DNA from: Gemmatimonadales bacterium
GTDB taxonomy: Bacteria; Gemmatimonadota; Gemmatimonadetes; Gemmatimonadales; GWC2-71-9
NCBI GenBank assembly: GCA_035553475.1
Contig: DATNDQ010000062.1
Location: forward strand, 360-64,359
Direction: 5' to 3'
DNA: 64,000 nt
The position numbers and the translations under genes were made by a program. Numbering within the stretch: the first letter of the stretch is position 1; every line of letters begins with the position of its first letter. This document shows, in pieces, positions 61,026 through 64,000 of this stretch. Under the pieces are notes generated by a model. It searched no databases. It had not been told where the DNA came from and saw only the letters and a list, made by a program, of their open reading frames with translations.

Positions 61026-64000
61026 ATGCGCGCGACACTCGCTCTTCTCGTCCTCCTTCCGGCTTCCACCATTTTCGCCCAGGGCGGCAGAAAAAAGCCG
61101 GCTCCCAAGCCCGCCGCGGCAACGCCTGGAGCTCCTTCACCGCGGGCCGACAGCGGCGGACTGGGCGGCATCGTTGGCGGCCTCAAGCTCCGGTCCATCG
61201 GACCGGCACTCACCGAGGGGCGCATCTCCGACATCGCCGTGGATCCCACCGACAAGGCGGTGTGGTACGTGGCGACCGCGGCGGGCGGCGTGTGGAAGAC
61301 CATCAACGACGGGACTTCCTACGCGCCGATCTTCGACGGCGAGGGGTCGTGGTCCATCGGCGCGATCACGATCGATCCCAACGATCACAACGTCATCTGG
61401 GTCGGCACGGGAGAGAACAACGCGCAGCGGGTGGTGGCCTTCGGAGACGGCGTGTACAAGTCCGTCGATGGCGGCAAGAGCTGGAAGAACGCCGGGCTCA
61501 AGGAGTCACAGCACATCGGCCGGATCGTCGTGGACCCCCGGAACTCCGACGTGGTTTACGTCGCCGCCCAGGGACCCCTGTGGAGTAGCGGTGGCGACCG
61601 CGGCGTGTTCAAGACCACCGACGGGGGCGCGACCTGGACCAAGGTGCTGGCCGGCGACGACTGGACGGGCGCCAACGACATTCAGCTCGATCCCCGGCAT
61701 CCCGATGTGCTCGTCGCGACCACCTGGCAGCGCGAGCGGCGCGTGTACGGCTTCATCGCCGGCGGACCCGGTTCGGCGGTCTGGCGGTCGACTGACGGCG
61801 GCAAGACCTGGGTGAAGTCCCAATCGGGCTTCCCCAAAGGGGACCTCGGCCGGATCGGTCTGTCTCGCTCGCCCGCCGATCCCGACGTCATCTACGCCAT
61901 CGCGCAGGCCGCCGACGAGAAGGGCGGATTGTTCCGGTCGCGCGACGGCGGCGCCAGCTGGGAGAAGATGAGCGGCACGCAGTTCGGCGGGAACTACTAC
62001 AACCGGGTGTTCGCGGACCCGAAGAACGTGGACCGCGTGTATGCGGTGAACGTGTTCCTGCAGATCTCGAACGACGGTGGCAAGACCTTCAGCTCGCTGG
62101 GTGAAATCAACAAGCACGTCGACAACCACGTGGTCTGGATCGATCCGGATGACACCGACCATCTGGTCGTCGGCTGCGACGGTGGGGTCTACGAGACCTT
62201 CGATCACGGCAAGAGCTGGCGGTTCGGCGCCAACCTGCCGGTGACGCAGTACTACCGCGTGGCGACGGACAACGCCGAGCCGTTCTACAATGTGTACGGC
62301 GGCGCGCAGGACAACTTCTCGGTCGGCGGGCCGAGCCGGACGCGGACGAACAACGGCATCCGGAATTCCGACTGGTTCATCACCGCCGGTGGCGACGGGT
62401 TCGGGAGCGTGGTCGATCCCACCGACCCCAGCACCGTTTACGCGCAGTCGCAGTTCGGCAACCTGGTCCGGTTCGATCTCCGGACGGGCGAGCAGGTGGG
62501 CATCCAGCCCTTCGACGAGACCACCGGGGAAGCGCTCCGCTGGAACTGGGACGCGCCGGTGATCATCAGTCCGCACGACCACCACCGCCTGTACTTCGCC
62601 GCGCAGCGGGTGTACCGGAGCGACGACCGTGGTGACTCGTGGCGTCCCGTCAGCCCGGATTTGTCCCGGCAGATCGACCGCAACTCGCTGAAGATGATGG
62701 GGCGGGTGTGGGGCGTAGATGCCGTGGAGAAGAACGTGTCCACGACGTTGTTCGGCACGATATTCACCCTCGCCGAGTCGCCTCTCAAGGAAGGGCTGCT
62801 CTTCGCCGGCACCGACGACGGGCGCATCCAGATCAGCGAGGATGGCGGGGCGCACTGGCGGGCCACGGACCATTTCCCCGGTGTGCCCGACACGACATTT
62901 GTGACGCGCGTCGTACCGTCGGCCCGTGATGTGAACACCGTGTACGCCACGTTCAACGGTCACTGGTCGGGGGACTTCAAGCCGTACGTCCTCAAGAGCA
63001 CCGACCTGGGCCGCACCTGGACCAACATCTCCGGTGACCTGCCTGAGCGTGGCGACGTCTGGTGCCTGGCTGAGGACGGGGTGGATCCGGACCTGCTGTT
63101 CGTGGGCACCGAATTCGGACTGTACTTCACCGCCGATGGCGGCCAGAAGTGGAACCGGCTCCAGAACGGCTTGCCGACGATTCAGGTCCGTGATCTGACC
63201 ATCCAGCGGCGCGAGAACGACCTCGTGCTCGCGACGTTCGGCCGCGGCTTCTACGTGCTGGACGACTACACACCCCTCCGGCACCTGAGCGTCGAGAACC
63301 TGGCGCAGCGGGCGGTCATTTTCCCGGTTCGTCCGGCGCCTTTGTACGTGCCCTCGAGTCCCCTGGGCCTCCCCGGCATCGGATTTCAGGGGGCGGGACA
63401 CTACTCGGCGGACAATCCGCCGTACGGCGCGGTGTTCTCGTACTTCCTGAAGGACCCCATCCTCTCCCGGAAGGAGCGGCGGCAGAAGGCGGAAGCCGCG
63501 AAGGAGAAGCAGGGTGCGGATATCGGCTATCCGTCCTGGGATTCGCTGAAGGCGGAGGAACGCGAGGAAGATCCGGCCCTGATCGTGACCGTCTTGGACT
63601 CCGCCGGGAATGTCGTGCGGCGGTTCACCGGCTCGACGGGCAAGGGCATCAACCGGGTGGCGTGGGACCTGCGGTTGCCGACCAGCAATCCAGTGGACGG
63701 ACCGCCATTCAAGGCTGATCCGAACAATCCGTTTGGCTCGGGCCCCCGGGGACCGTACGTGCCGCCCGGGACCTATCAGGTGTCCCTCGCCGAGCGGGAT
63801 GACAGCGTCTTTACGCCGCTGGGGACGCCGCAGCGGTTCCGCGTGGTGGATATCGATAGCGCCCTGCCGGGCCGGGCGTACGCGTCGCTGAGTGATCAGG
63901 AGAAGGTGGCGGCCCTGCAGCGGGAGGTCCTGGGTGCGTCGGCGCTCGTCAACGAAGCGCTGACACGGGTCGGGTATCTCAAGCGGGCGATCGACGAAAC
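61026..64000 (+). CDS. Sortilin/VPS10-BNR repeat glycosyl-hydrolase-like secreted protein; 3' end beyond the window
   Basis: Not in the ORF track because there is no stop before the window edge. My translation from ATG 61026: MRATLALLVLLPASTIFAQ...ISDIAVDPTDKAVWYVATAAGGVWKTINDGTSY...VYKSVDGGKSWKN...FKTTDGGATWTK. The frame is open in every segment I checked (61026-61680 and 63420-64000). The 631-aa minus-strand ORF 61506..63401 is its shadow. Confidence 0.85.
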   Translation, partial: MRATLALLVLLPASTIFAQGGRKKPAPKPAAATPGAPSPRADSGGLGGIVGGLKLRSIGPALTEGRISDIAVDPTDKAVWYVATAAGGVWKTINDGTSYAPIFDGEGSWSIGAITIDPNDHNVIWVGTGENNAQRVVAFGDGVYKSVDGGKSWKNAGLKESQHIGRIVVDPRNSDVVYVAAQGPLWSSGGDRGVFKTTDGGATWTKVLAGDDWTGANDIQLDPRHPDVLVATTWQRERRVYGFIAGGPGSAVWRSTDGGKTWVKSQSGFPKGDLGRIGLSRSPADPDVIYAIAQAADEKGGLFRSRDGGASWEKMSGTQFGGNYYNRVFADPKNVDRVYAVNVFLQISNDGGKTFSSLGEINKHVDNHVVWIDPDDTDHLVVGCDGGVYETFDHGKSWRFGANLPVTQYYRVATDNAEPFYNVYGGAQDNFSVGGPSRTRTNNGIRNSDWFITAGGDGFGSVVDPTDPSTVYAQSQFGNLVRFDLRTGEQVGIQPFDETTGEALRWNWDAPVIISPHDHHRLYFAAQRVYRSDDRGDSWRPVSPDLSRQIDRNSLKMMGRVWGVDAVEKNVSTTLFGTIFTLAESPLKEGLLFAGTDDGRIQISEDGGAHWRATDHFPGVPDTTFVTRVVPSARDVNTVYATFNGHWSGDFKPYVLKSTDLGRTWTNISGDLPERGDVWCLAEDGVDPDLLFVGTEFGLYFTADGGQKWNRLQNGLPTIQVRDLTIQRRENDLVLATFGRGFYVLDDYTPLRHLSVENLAQRAVIFPVRPAPLYVPSSPLGLPGIGFQGAGHYSADNPPYGAVFSYFLKDPILSRKERRQKAEAAKEKQGADIGYPSWDSLKAEEREEDPALIVTVLDSAGNVVRRFTGSTGKGINRVAWDLRLPTSNPVDGPPFKADPNNPFGSGPRGPYVPPGTYQVSLAERDDSVFTPLGTPQRFRVVDIDSALPGRAYASLSDQEKVAALQREVLGASALVNEALTRVGYLKRAIDE

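Noticed and set aside
61506-63401. 631-aa minus-strand ORF, the longest track entry in this region
   Set aside because: It lies antisense to the sortilin/BNR-type gene, which I translated from ATG 61026 and which has clear repeats and a signal peptide. The product has shadow-frame composition (Arg/Val/Gly/His-rich).

Overview
This is a visibly high-GC, densely packed bacterial chromosomal segment; third codon positions are mostly G/C. I call about 60 protein-coding genes. Most are housekeeping or cell-envelope genes, and many are joined by 1-8 nt start/stop overlaps (ATGA, GTGA, TTGA). Three protein signatures suggest a Gemmatimonadota-like FCB-group organism, which is inference only: a short Bacteroidota-type RpoD, a Por/FlgD-Ig type C-terminal sorting domain, and PD40/BNR/sortilin-type envelope proteins.

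Recognisable blocks:
- Ser/Thr kinase, Bor-like lipoprotein, EamA/AsnC pair.
- LarE-like protein, ThpR, and an orphan sigma54 response regulator.
- ALDH, lepB, rpoD.
- yajQ-rimO-spoIID-OMP-gfo-lnt chain.
- Mla-like operon with a motif-dead ATPase, plus HD-GYP, TauE and DUF1634 genes.
- rpmE-prfA-prmC-tmk-ctp block.
- lolA-like gene and aroF.
- S8 peptidase, smc and two SPOR proteins in one overlapping operon.
- A peptidase/PD40/Omp85 fusion protein.
- rsfS and a DAK2-DegV fusion.
- rplI, DUF2232, rpsR, rpsF.
- ychF, pth, rplY, prs.
- A glycan-degradation-like cluster: CBM9/DUF5916, GH53, M20 and a sortilin/BNR protein that runs off the right edge.

I saw no rRNA, tRNA, CRISPR, transposase, integrase or prophage module.

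Most notable non-genic signal: a dispersed three-hairpin intergenic repeat of about 75 nt, present four times.

Other points of interest:
- pth can only start at a CTG codon.
- The S8 peptidase probably also starts at CTG, in a CTGA overlap with the smc stop.
- The MlaF-like ATPase has lost its catalytic motifs.
- smc sits in an operon with SPOR envelope proteins.
- The DAK2-DegV fusion looks like a single-chain FakA/FakB-type protein.

Many long entries in the ORF track are GC-driven shadow ORFs. The track also omits two real genes that are open at the window edges.
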